From Tubiluchus corallicola (Eukaryota > Animalia > Priapulida): a stretch of 64,000 nt of DNA. The stretch spans positions 310,001-374,000 of the forward strand of contig JAQGDQ010000048.1 of NCBI GenBank assembly GCA_030141605.1. The letters run 5' to 3'. The notes under the pieces were generated by a model. The model searched no databases and had not been told where the DNA came from. It was given only the letters and a program-made list of their open reading frames with translations. Shown one piece after another: positions 12,309 through 25,600 of the stretch. The position numbers were made by a program, and so were the translations under genes. The stretch's first letter is position 1. Each line of letters opens with the position of its first letter.

Positions 12309-13938
12309 CTGATATTTTTGGTAGAAGCAATGCAGAGCTTAAAACACCACTATCACCCACAAGTTCAAAGCCTCTAAAATATTAGGCAAACATGCAGACT
12401 GCTTGATTTTGATTCAAGTCATTTTTGCTGATTGATACCTGCAATTTCATAGAAACATATCTACAGTACAATCAATGAAATTTCTTTTAACGAAAGTTAT
12501 TCTTAAATATCATTTCAAAATAAATACAAACAAAATAAAAAAGTGGGAATAAGCAGACCTGTAAGGAGGGTCTTTTAATCAACCACACATGAACTCATGA
12601 AAGCAATACCAAATTAAAAAGACTGAATTTTTTTTCACTCCACTAGGTTGTGAACCAAAGACTTGCTGCTTTCTAGGCAGCTATGCTAGAAATTTTTGTG
12701 GCCTAATAATGACTGTAATGTTGGGCAAAGCTGTATAGTGCATAGAAGTACATTGACCTTGTAATGTTACTTGAAGTACAAAAAAAATACTCCCACTCAT
12801 TAAACTTTGAAACAATGATTGTTTACTTGCACCCAGTAAATGTACGCTTGGGCAAACATACAGATGTATACTTTTATAAAGTTAATGTGAGTGTTCAATT
12901 TTGCATTGTTTGGAATAACAACAATGGTTGATGTGAAGCAGGTGTTAACTGTTTTTAATTTAAGTTCCTAATTCACATCCACAACAATGCCTATCAACAA
13001 AATACTCACGCAGATGCTTTAATCAGCACAATAGGAGCTGTTTATCACAATGGAAAATTTTCTCACAAAACTGAAAAAAGGACTTCATCGTGCTGTGACT
13101 TTTACAATGACAAAATATGGGCACTGTAGTGGTGCCCACGTGTTTAAACGTTCAGTGCTATTTACAAAGAACAAAGGTTTTTAATTATCGCAACAAAATC
13201 AAAATCTTTCTGGTCAGCGTCTTCAGAAGATAATATTAATATATCTACTACTAGCTTAAAATTAAAAAAGCCAGCAAGCCGGGCAATGTTGTAAAACAGC
13301 ATTAGAAATTTTTAGAATAAAGGGCACTCTCAGACAAAAAATGTTGTAGATATCACATAAAATCAAACTCACGGAGTCACGTCCCAACTCACGAACGAAC
13401 TCCAAGAATGCTTGCGCGTCGTAAGTAGAGTTAATTCACAGAGCAAACACGTTGCTATTATTAAAACCACATCTAAACCCATACACAATAATTGTGTAAT
13501 TATCTGATACATATAACGATGGTCAAACAAACCACAAAAGAGAAAACGATAAAACATTAAACACTACAGTTTATGGTTCGCTCCTACCACATCGCACACT
13601 TGGTGTTTTTCAATGCTGCTTAGCATGTGCTTAGCTTCCTCCATCTGCTGGTCAGAAACCGAAACGTTAATAATTATTCTGCCAAATCCATCTAGCAGGA
13701 TAATACATACTGGTAACACAGGATCTAGGCTCTGAGAAAATGTATGTACGTTATGTTGGTTTCAGGATCAGAGAGAAAAGGTATGCAGTCGGTTTGTACC
13801 AAAGCATTATAAAGGGGATGTAAATGTGTTACTATTAAAGAATCACCGCTAAACGCTACTTAACACAACACAAGCAGATGATTGATGTGCAATACAGTGA
13901 AAGTTTCTGCCTCCCCTTTCTGAGGCTCCCTCCTCCCC

Positions 13939-14038
<100 letters not shown>

Positions 14039-14618
14039 TCCGTATCTATCCCAGCTCCTTCCCCCTTCTCGTTCTTTCTCCCACGACCCCTCAGTCTCAC
14101 ATTCTCTCTTTCTGCTTTCTAATTATCTACAATACTTTGATTATCAGAAATCGGGTAAGATTTTAAATGACACAATCTTCAAGGGGTCAGCCTTGTTTTT
14201 TTATTTTGCTCTGGGAAAATATTTTGTTTTGAAACTTAATCGTTGTTATAATTTTAAATTGTTTTTAGAATGAAAGTGCTTTCTCAAAATAAGTTGCTGC
14301 ATATAATCACTTCAAATACAATTGATTTTCATAAAATTTGAAATGGGGTTTAATAAAATATAATTAATAATAATATTATAGAAAATGAAAACACCAATGC
14401 TTGTACAGACTCGTGTGCTGGTGGCACAGACAGCTAAATGCCTTCTTTGATTGTAATTTGTCGATTTTGATGCGAGAACTGAGTTGAAAAATAAAAAAAT
14501 ACATTATTTGTTCTCGTCAAATCAAAAAGCGAGCAATACAATTATTAAGGGTAATCATAACGCGCTTCATCCAAATATATTATGTAAGATGTTACAATTA
14601 TATGTAAAAAGTTGTGTA

Positions 14619-15050
14619 AATATGATCGAGCCAAACCATTATAAAAGAAGAATGTAAATGATCTGATACAAATAGATACTGTGCTTTAAAATGTTGCGTA
14701 AAATACTGAGAAAAAAAAATGGTATGCCTATAAAAACATCGTGTTGTTATGTATAAAAGTAATATGTCGTATATTACAACAGTGAGGGCATAATTAGTCT
14801 TGCCAACTTGTATGTGTGTAAATGGCAAAATCAATTTCTCTCTAATTACCGTCAAGATGCCATGCAAATAGAGGGATAGGTCAGATTTCGAGCTTTTGCA
14901 TGCATGTATATTTCTGTGTTTGTGTAACTGTATTATTATCCGTATATTACATTTTTTAAAAAACATTTATAACAATAATATGATCGAGCCAAACCATTAT
15001 AAAAGAAGAATGCAAATGTCTGATACTGTGCTTTAAAATGTTGGGTAAAA
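14619..15050. repeat. Direct repeat of ~75-85 bp, two copies 358 bp apart (14619-14703, 14977-15050)
   Basis: AATATGATCGAGCCAAACCATTATAAAAGAAGAATG...GATACTGTGCTTTAAAATGTTG occurs twice. Confidence 0.9.
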
Positions 15051-15099
15051 GTTTAAGTGACCACTGTCCCGTTACTCTTCATTTGAATACAGACTTTTA

Positions 15100-17420
15100 C
15101 AAAAGTGTTATAACAAAAACATCCAAACAACCTAAAATTACTTGGCATAAAGTCAATGACGGAATAATCCACTCGTATTAAAACGGTTTACATGACATTC
15201 TCAGTAGCATTTCGATTCCATATAACGTCTTACACTGTAATGATCCCATTTGTCAATGTGATGCACTGTGATAGTATCAATAGGTAACGTAATGATATTG
15301 TAAACTCATGTTTGGTTATTAGTGATAAATGCATTCCCAAAACGAGTTGTAAAGATGACAATAACACAGTTCCTGACTGAAACGATCTTGTTGAGCCAAC
15401 ACGTAATACTGCTTTGATCTGGCATCGCACTTGGGTTAGGCTGTGGTAGACCGCATAATGGTATTGTGTCTGAAATTAGGCAACGTACTCGAGCTCTTTA
15501 TCATTACAGAGTTCGTTACGTTAAAAAATCATAAGCAAGAAATGCGTAAAACTAAACTAGCTGAATGTACCGCCGATAATAATTCTCTTAACCTGTTTAA
15601 TGAATTAAATACAGTGAAAGTAACAACAATTTGATCTCTAGTTGTGTCAACGGATTGACCAATAGGAGCGATAATGCTGACATGTTTGCGGGTGAATATG
15701 AACGGTTGTATAATGACTCACCTTCTGTTCTTTGATGTAATTTACGCAGTTTCAAAGTCTCAAAGCAGGCAAAAATGACGGCTCAACTGGTTTTTCAGCG
15801 ATCATTTGATTAACGGCTCAAATTCATTATTTGTTCACATAAGTATGTTATATATATGATGTTATCTCACGGTACTGTACCGCACAGCCCCTTCTCTATT
15901 CAAATATCAAACGTATTGCTAAAGATAAACGTGGTAACATATGTGACAAAAGTAATTATACATCACGTTGTCTTCTCCTGTAACTAAATTTTTGGACTGG
16001 CTTATTATTTTAAAGTATGGGTTTGTGCTGTGTAGACTAGACCAACAGTTTGGGTTTAAGTCAGGCCTGTCTACTTCCATGTGTGCAATGGCCCTCAAAG
16101 AGACAATTAATCATTATATTAATAATTGGTCTGCTGTATATTGTGCGATGCTTGACGCTTCTAAAGCAGTTGATAAAGTTAATTGTCGATTATTTAGATT
16201 ACTTTTGAATAACAACTTATCCAGTAATATTATCCGGTTACTGTTAAAATTTGTATACACGTCAACAAGCACGAGTGAAATGGTCAGATATTAGATCTAG
16301 AGATATTACTGTTTCCTACGGGGTAAGGCACGGTGCTGTATTATCTCCATTGTTAACTGTCGTTTATATTGATGGCTTGTTAGAGAAATTTTAAACTGCG
16401 TCTGACATAGGATGCAAAATTGGTAGTATTTATACCGGTGCATTAGCTTATGCTGATGATATTTCGCTCATTGTTCCTAGTGTAATAGCTCTACAACGCA
16501 TTGTTCTTATATATGTGAAGACTTTGCTATCAAAAGTTTGATATCAATTTTTGCAATGTACAGTGAAACAAGGTAAAAAGTAAATGTAACATCTTTACTA
16601 ACCGCAAATGTCAAGTAAAGTGTTAAAACCCGTTAATCTTACTTGAGGGAACTGCTTTACAATTTTGTAACGATGTAAGTCATGTTTTAACTTATCGTAT
16701 CTCAATACCGATCTAAAATCGGTAAAATTTAGAACGTATTGCCACACGTATTACGGTTCCCAAACATGGAGATGGAGACTAGATGAGATAATTAACTCAT
16801 GATAAGTCGTCATGAAACACAACTGTCAGATAAGTGGCGTCTCAAGAACACATAGATATATATTAACGTTTGTAGCTGATATTTTGCCTCCTCATAAACA
16901 ATTCCAGAAGCGATTTATTAAGTTTTATTTTAAGTGTTTAAACAACAGTAATCACATTATTCGTTATTTTGCTCAGCAAGCTCAGCATTGTTCCGCTTCA
17001 GTTATGTGATACATTAATTTTAGTGTCAATCTCAAACCAATATGGAGTTGATTGTTCTTGTGATGAGTTTAGAATACAAATACAGCGTCTCATTACTGAC
17101 AATCAGCTGGCAGTTATCACATTTATAAAGGAAATTTTATGGGGTATAGAAACCAAGCATTTTTATTTCTTTAGGCGGTCTGAACTATAATGAAATTTAA
17201 ATTATTTGACCATTTGTTGAGACCAAAATGATAACATAGTTGATGCTATGGGTTTCTTCTTCTTATTTTTTTTACTTTGCTTTAATAAATTATCGAACTT
17301 TTTTCCCTTAACATGTACAGCTTGAACTAATTTATTGTTATTCTTATCATTTGTTGTTTTTCTTTGTGTATTTATTGTACCGCAAACGAGTACGAATAAA
17401 TGGTAAAAATAAATAAATAA
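15100..17420 (+). mobile_element. Decayed, 5'-truncated non-LTR retrotransposon (LINE RT remnant; clade not resolved, CR1/L2-group or RTEX-like)
   Basis: Frameshifted RT motifs in order: QFGFKSGLSTSMC, YCAMLDASKAVDKV, GVRHGAVLSPLL (~16320), GCKIGSIYTGALAYADDI (YADD at 16449-16460); upstream LHCNDPIC and WHxxW; ends in AATAAA and a (TAAA)n tail at ~17395-17420. Left border approximate. Confidence 0.88.
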
Positions 17421-18062
17421 TATTCTCGCTATCTCTCTCGCTTCTTTTTCTCTCCCACTCGCGCTTTCTCTCTGGTAGTCTACGTAATACTTATTCTAGT
17501 ACATATTTGTATGTTTGGTTGTTTATCTTTTTTTATGTTAATTCAATCAAAAGAATCAGTATGCATGTTCAGGATTTTTCGCCCTGGGCTTCGCCATTCC
17601 TACTCAGTACTGAGCATTCTAGTTTTGTTATGGAAATTATTTGCATCAAAAGAACATCATGTGCCATTTTTGCTACTTTTCCATTTGTGCCGTTTTTACC
17701 ATTCTTCTAAAACTTTATATAGATAGATGAAGTTAACTACGTGGTATATAAATGTTGTATTATCGTGACAAGGAACGTACGTGCACGTGAATTTGTGAAG
17801 GTTCAAACTGACATTTTCTCACGCGTGTGTCACTGTTATTATGGCAATTACGGTATACAGCTAGGTCTCAATAATTTCCCTCTACAGTAAAAGTAACCGT
17901 TTCAGTAATCATAGTGTTGAAAGAAAACTTCGTTAAAGAAATGTGGTCGTGCACGAAATCACATTTGACCGCATAGCCTATATGTGTTCACTACATAAAG
18001 CACCTTCGTCGCATCAACTAATTTTTTGGCTCCACCACACTGTTGTATGGCTGGCTGTTACC

Positions 18063-18390
18063 ATGAAGAAAAGGACAGTACTGATGATCGTTTTTTATAC
18101 TTTTCTGTGTTTTAACCTTGGCCCAATAAGTGCAGCGCAATTACAAACTCTTCTCAGGAAGATTCTCGCTATGCTCAAAACGATCTCGTGCCCCGAAGAA
18201 TTTCAAAAAATAGAGGGCCATTGCTACAGATTTTTCAGTGACGGGTCTCTGATGGGCACGTGGAATAAAGCAAAGGAAATTTGTGAAAACCTTGGACCTG
18301 GTGCTGGTTTGGTTAGCATTGAGAGTCACAGGGAACAGGAAATTGTTGAGAATGAGATAAAAGAGCGGAATCTTGACGAAAGATTACGTG
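18063..18390 (+). CDS. C-type lectin exon 1
   Basis: ATG at 18063 (ACCATG context) to G|GTAAGA donor, 328 nt. Confidence 0.9.
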
Positions 18391-19212
18391 GTAAGATTTC
18401 AGTAATATTAAAGGAGTACCAAATGTGTAGAAATAAAGTAAAAAACTTAGATGTATATTGAGAATTTCTCTGGAGACTTCTAGGTAAACTTAACTCCTTC
18501 CTGACTATTCAATAGTTTTCACACAACTATTAAATATATAGTAGCTGCCATGGATATGTCATTTAGAACGCCTTTTCTAGTTGTCATGATCCATTTCTTC
18601 ATGGGTATGTCATTTGGAAGGCCGTTTATCTTTGCTATGAAATCAGTATAATCGCAACAAATTTAGACTGTGTAGTAATTCTATTATGACGTTAGAATAT
18701 AACTGGCTATAAAAACTTATTGCGCGAACAAGAACGAGAACAGCATCACAGCGAAACAGACAGCTTTATAGAGTTATTCCAGAAAGGAGTAACTAAATTA
18801 AAGCACATTTATAAAAGAGAAACTAAATTTTCTTCTACTATTATCAACTTCGTTTTTATGGCCGTTTTAATCAAATTAGAAAGCGACAAGTTCCTGGTAA
18901 ACAATCGTAAGTCTATTCTTTCACTAATCATACTTTTTTTAAATAAAACTGCCTGTAGATCAGAACAGAGGGGTATTTTGGGGATACTGGATTGGAGGAA
19001 CAGACCGCTACGACGAACAAGATTGGATATGGGACGCCACCCATCAGGAGTTTTACTACACCAACTGGGCCGAAGGTCAACCAAATAATGCTCAAGGTCA
19101 GGACTGTGCATATTTAGCAGTGAAAAGTGGATACAAGTGGAATGACAGGAAGTGTAACCGTGATGGATCCATGATTCCCATATGCGAGTGGATGGACAAG
19201 TCTAAGTTTTAA
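18063..19212 (+). CDS. Secreted C-type lectin (perlucin-like single long-form CTLD); join(18063-18390,18959-19212), 193 aa
   Basis: Signal peptide MKKRTVLMIVFYTFLCFNLGPISAA; CPEEF..CYRF, TWNKAKEIC, LVSIESHREQ; G|GTAAG...CTGTAG phase-1 intron; YWIGG, WIW, YTNWAEGQPNN, DCAYL, WNDRKC, ICE; six CTLD cysteines. Confidence 0.93.
18959..19212 (+). CDS. C-type lectin exon 2
   Basis: (D)QNRGVFWGYWIGGTDRYDEQDWIWDATHQEFYYTNWAEGQPNNAQGQDCAYLAVKSGYKWNDRKCNRDGSMIPICEWMDKSKF-TAA. Confidence 0.92.
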
Positions 19213-19669
19213 TAGACAATACTCGGACTCCTTTTAAATTATTTGCTCTGAACTAGCCATGAGCTAATGAGCTTATTTGCTCTGAGCTAATTAATGTGTG
19301 CAAGATACGCCATATGATGGCATTAATGATTAAACTACAGGGAGTGAACAGTTCCTAAACCACAACAACACTGGGTTACCTTTACAAGATTTTAAAACGA
19401 CTTCGTTGTAGTGCCATATTGCCAGTGTGCTATAGTGCCTTCATTGCCATACAAGTGTACATAGTCTACTTTCATACATGTTATTTTACACTGTTTTGAA
19501 TTTAAAATAGGCAGTAGTTTTAAACTGGTATACAGGTTTATTGACTTATAATAATCACCTATTTAAACCAGTTTTATGAAAAACGATCTACACATATGTA
19601 TACAAACGCCATAATGCTCTTTACAGTCTTTGTATAAGTGTAGCTAGATCGTTTTAATCGTACGTAGAC

Positions 19670-20010
19670 TAGGGATGAACATTCTCTACCAGAATGCTAT
19701 TTCGAATCGAATTGAAACTGCGACTTTCGAATTCGAATCAAACCGAAAGTCAGTATTTCGACTTCGAATTGGGTTTGAAAGATTGTCGAACAAGTTTTCA
19801 AACCAGTAGTAAAAAGTGGTCTTACAAAGATCATGTATATAGTACTTGACTTTATTTTGCTGTAAAACTACTATTAGTTTATTAAAAATTTTGCACAGAA
19901 ACTGCAGCGAAATTGTGCTATTTGCATGCTGTTTCAAATATTTTGATAATAAAGAACAAATGTGGCTGAAGTGCTGAATTGTTCGAATCTATAATTTTAG
20001 GTTCGAATAG
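19670..20010. mobile_element. Fragment of a DNA-transposon end with TCGAAT subterminal repeats
   Basis: Begins TAGGGATG, followed by clustered TTCGAAT/TCGAA motifs (19700-19790, 19980-20010); opposite end not found. Confidence 0.45.
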
Positions 20011-22497
20011 TTTTTTCGTTTTGATTTCTTTTCATCGAAAGAGAGGTTTCTTTTCATACGTGCAACTTTTGCATACACATAAATGCTTTCAGTAATTATA
20101 TAAATCATTAATGATTAATTGTTTTTTTGTTAATTCACAAAGTGAATACATTACTTGCACAGGTATTCTCCACTCTCGTGAAATAAATAACACTGCTCAG
20201 CACTCACACTGCAACACTAACTGATGTGTGATGAAAGACACAAGACTTCACTTCTAAGACGAAAAATCTGCAAAGTAAAATTAAAGAAATTAATGAAGTT
20301 ATAAAATTACTAGAACTGAAATGTTTTATAATGATGAAGGCAAAGCAATTTGAACTTAAATAGCTCTACAACAGTCAGAAATGAAAATTATGTGCATGAA
20401 CGAATTATCTTCGGTATCAGTTTGTTGCTGCTACCATATCCACTCGACCACTCCCAATTCAACAGTGAAAGTATGCAACCAGAACAAAGAAATACCATAA
20501 GTGAAAATTAATTGATAGATAAACATTTCATTATACATGTATTTTAACAGTTACATTTCTTACACAACACACTTTATAGATACATCTAATTGTGAAACTT
20601 ACCTAATACACACTACACCTATCTATGACTTCACAAGTAGAAATGAATAGGCAATAACACTAGGAAAAGTAACAGTAGGACAAACAAGGCAACAGTTGTA
20701 CATAGACTAATTCACGTGGCTTTGCAACCGATGTGAATTTACTCTATATGTAATTCTGGGTGAGTAACAACTAGTCAACTATATGAAAACTAACAAATAA
20801 TCAGTATTAATTTCATTCACGCAATTTTTTTCATTGATGGAGGGTGGCTGAAACCACCTTTGCTGATTCAGTCTCTTTTCAAAAGATGATCCTTAAAAAT
20901 TATATAGGTGTGGGGCTTGCCACAGCTATTCAATTCGCAAAAGGCCCCGTTTTTGAGTGTTGGATTCGGGCTTACAGTACATCAAACTATATAAAGAAAT
21001 GCCACCCAAATGACAGAACTACAATGTTGAAAACTCTGTCAGAAATTTCACTGAAAAGAAATATTTAATGCATTAAGAAAAATGTTTTGCATCAAAATAC
21101 TTAAACTAATGAATGAATGTTGCAGAATCATTCATGGTATATAAAGATCTAACAGACAACATGAAATTTCGATAAAAACTTAAAATGAAAATAAACATAC
21201 TATTCTATTCTACACAAATCAAAACAACTACCTCTAATGTTTCTATCAGGTGCCTCTAAGCAATCAACATTACAGTGTACAAATTTAGCTAATACACAAA
21301 GAAGGTATTTATAATCTGGGCCATTTATTTTATGTAACAAGCTTATAATATACAAATATGTCTATTTACAGTAGCAGCTGACTCGTTGAATGTTCACACG
21401 CAAAGGGATTATAAAGAGAGATTACAACCTCTACATTAGAAATATAACATTAAATCAAACAAAAAAATCAATCAATCACTGGCACCCACATGAAATGGAA
21501 TGATGAGTAAAAGAGCTTATGCAAGGAACTGTAAATGATTGTACACGCCATCAGTAACAAATGTAGCAAAAACAAAGTTAACAATGGTAAAATATAAAGT
21601 TGTATTTACTATAATCGAGTAACAACTTGTTTATACTTATCAATATAAAATACTTAAGATACCATAGTACTATTATATCCGCCTATGATGCGTCCTATAT
21701 CGCATTATTACAATTGAAGAATGGAACATTGTTAATCAGTGGTAAGACAATATCATGTCAATCATTAGGACAATTACACCTGACATTTGTATCTTTTCCT
21801 GGCTAAAACAAAACTAATTAATTGTAAAGAATAATATGGAGGCATTACTATCATATAAACTGGGACTCAACACAAAAATGTCCTGTTTTATAAGTACTTG
21901 TGATTGTAGAGCCTGCTTAATCTACATCGCCATTAGTAATCTGTATACATAGCACACCAACAATGAGCATGTCATTAACTTGAAGAAGCTACCTTGCATG
22001 GTAATACTTTTTATAGACTAAAATATGCCACGAAGAGTAGTACTTAGCGATTGACATAATTCACCACCATTTACAATGTTTTTAGGGTTGCTGCATCACT
22101 GCAACAATGACACTGCTATTCCAAAGAACCTGCTATTCCATTTTTACAATGCTAAAAAATGCTGTAGTTTAATAATTATGAACTGTAAGACAATGGTTTC
22201 TTAATTTTAGTCATATTTTTTGGCAGAAACTAAATATGCCTAGAAAATAATGACTGAAATAACGTCATGGTAGCAAAGCAAGAATTCACAATAGGAACCA
22301 AGTGTTGTTCAAAAAGTGATGAGCACATACAATACTCAGTATACAGGTATATCACTAAACAGGTATATCACATGCGACATTTTAGACCATATGAAGCATA
22401 ATGTATTAAAACATGAAAAAATCAGGGCAGAAAGTGTATCATTAAAAGTGCATAGAAAATAATTAACTAAAATCAGAACCTAGTAGATTTCGCAGCA

Positions 22498-22667
22498 TCA
22501 CATGTGCACCTCGAATGCCCTTACACCACCTTGACCAGTATTTGACGAGAGGAATGGATTGTTAGGGTTTTGAGATGCCACAGCTGCCCACTGTGCGTCA
22601 AATGGATCTGTTCCATTTGAAATTAGACCTCTCTGATGAACTGCTTGCAATTGGGATACTGCCCTAT
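22498..22667 (-). CDS. numb: numb last coding exon
   Basis: TTTTAG|(D)RAVSQLQ...[41 protein letters not shown]; DPF and NPF motifs. Confidence 0.93.
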
Positions 22668-25600
22668 CTAAAAATGATATTCAATGCACTAATAAAAGCA
22701 TACAATTAACCACACAGTTTTCAACTATTTTATTAAGGAAACAAAGTGAAAATTAAGCAAAGCCAGACTTCTTTCTTTTTGAGAAATTGTTGGAAATGAC
22801 CATTTAGTTGACTTGTTGTATTTCAAGGTCTTGCAATAATATTCTACTTTAGGACGCACGGAGTACTGGAAGAAAATATAATGTATAGGAAACACTAAAG
22901 TGAAATTATAATGTTGTTGTAACACAAGTTTGGCACGTACACGCAATTATCATAGTAATTAAGTAGTTTTTGGGCATTTTATCTATGCATGTTTGCATGT
23001 ACTTTACATTTTATTACTTAGCACTTTAGCAGCAAAATCTAAGTGAATCAAAAATGCATAGAGCAAAATTACTAACCATGTTGAGAAGATAAAGATGCAA
23101 CATCTATGCTTTGGCTGCGGAGATGTGGTGCTCTTCTTGGTGGTGGAAACGGTGCCACCATCCTCTGTGAAGTCCCATTTGTCGTCTGCCATGAACTACT
23201 CCAATCTACAAGAGAAATATCTTCCAATTATAGCTATGTAAGATGTTTTTATAATTGAATTTGATTCGTAAAAGTACTGCAGAAGGGAGCAAATAAATTA
23301 AGTGCTTGGTTTGAAAAACTGTTTCTCAAAATCAGTCACTCAATTCCTCTGCTCATCTAAAAATATGGAATGCAAGCAAGAATTTCTGATGATAATGCCA
23401 TGAAAACAAATGTCATCAAACAGTGTAAAAACTTCAGTGCTTAATTCAGTCAGTGCAAAAGTTTATTTGATATTTAATGAAAATGCACCAATGAAATATA
23501 AACTACAGAATACAATAAACATGATCTGCAAAAATCATTGAAAATACTGCAGAAAAACAGGCCAGCAAATGTCCTTTATATTAGCACAAATGGTAACGAG
23601 AATTAAGCAAATAGAAAAAAAATGGCAGATGCCTACAAAAAATGATCTAGGCACATACACCGGAAAACAGCACAACATGGATATTTACAGAGTTCAATAT
23701 GAGCACTAATATGCAGATTACCAGCTAAACTCATGCCAGAAGAGATGGTGTTTCTCTTCTTCAAGAAGTCAAATTCTTAGAGCTTACCGATTGTTCGACT
23801 AGAGGTATGTTGTGGATGTTGTGCTGTCCATACTACCTGTGTAGGTGCATGCTCATCCCCATGGTAAACAGGTTGCTGCTGCGAAATCTCGAAAGGGTTA
23901 CCTGATGGTCCACTCCATGATGGTGCAACTGACTGAGGCGCTGTATTGCAAAAGATAAACTCTATGAAGATAATAATATAATTGAGGCCCAGAATAATGT
24001 TTAAATGCATTCCATCAGAATTTTGCACCAATTTTGTTATGTACTCCAAACCCTTTGGACTATGCGTATAGGTAATGACACCATTTGCATTTAATATTTG
24101 GCTGTTGATAAAATATCACTTTCACTTGCTGAGCAAAAAAGTTCTCAACAATAAGAATTTTTTTGATTAATACATTAGTAATAAAACTACTGTCATTTTC
24201 AGGGTTATTCAAATTGTTGTTTTATTCAAGGAATTTTTGTAAATTTGATTCTTACATAAAAATTCCTGACAAAATAGGCACATTTAGGCTAGTCACCATT
24301 ATTGCAGTTAATTTAGAACAAGATCACTGCTAAGATATGAAATGAACAATGAAATTACCCTTACAGTTTCAGCATGTACAAATAATGAAAAGAATACATG
24401 CACACAAGCTAATGACCAATTTGCATTTTATCTAGATGTGTATGTATTCTACACTATAGAAAGAACAAAATAATTATATAAATTTACTGCAAGTACTGTA
24501 AGCTTGTTTACTTTTCCCAAATTCAAGCAAAAATTTGTTAAATAACACAAAGTCCTTTCAAAAAATCAACAAATTAAAAAAACTGAGACAAGATTATCTA
24601 TCGAGTACAAATAGCTACCAAACTCCCAAAAAGTCCGAATAAAATACCTTGGACATAATGCGTGGCTTGTTGCGGCACCTGGTGGCTGTGTGGATCGGAG
24701 TCTTGTCTTCGCGTAAGGCTAAACATGTCCTCCGAAATTTGCTGGCAGAGGGAGCTGATTGTTTCTTGATTTCCCTCCTTTGTAGGTGATGCTTCAGGTA
24801 TTGGACTTCCTGTAAATTAAGAAATTAAATGAATATTGTTTCAACAAGAACCATTGGGATTCTAAATTTCAGAGCAAGATTGGATATGCAAGTGTTAATT
24901 TTTTACATTGAAATGACACCTATTCTGCCATTGCTACACTGGGCAAGAATATAGCCAAGTACCCAAAACAAGCCTTACAGTACAGAAACCGGAAAAGTCA
25001 TTGCATTTCTGTTATATTGTATATATATATATATTTGATATATTACGATATATTATACATATATATATAAACATATGAAGGTTACGCGTGACAGAATGAG
25101 AGCCAAACAAAAATATATTCCTTCGATAAAGCATCTCAAATGGTAGTTGTGGACAAAGCAGTAGACAAAACTAACTCATTCTGACAGATCAGACAAGTTG
25201 TAGAAGCTTCAACAAAATTAATATATCGTAAAAATAAAACATTATACTCTTTATAAGAAAAGAAATACCTGGCCCATTGAGACCAAAGATCTGTTCCCGT
25301 CTCTCAACAGTCGAAGGGAGATCACTGAGTCGCAAAGATAACTGTCTTTTGAACGGTGAAGTTCGGCCTATGCTGCCAAAACGACCAGAGCCTTGACGCT
25401 GTAGCAATTCCCGTGAAGCGTGCGGTCGTTCTATGGCATATGGATTTTGAACATTCTCTTTAGGTGGTTCTGGCGGTGGATCTAAAAATAATTTTTAAAC
25501 CTCTTTATAGGTCTATCTGCTTAGGATTGTAGTTCTTAATCAGGTAAAACTTTTATCTGTGTAGAAAATAACCAAACAGCCGAGATACTTAATTTGTGCA

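Noticed and set aside
18720-19111. Track ORFs of 122 aa (+) and 100 aa (-)
   Set aside because: Off-frame and antisense shadows of lectin exon 2.
23004-23192. Track [11 protein letters not shown]...
   Set aside because: Alternative frame over numb exon 9; splice phases select the DWSSSWQ frame.
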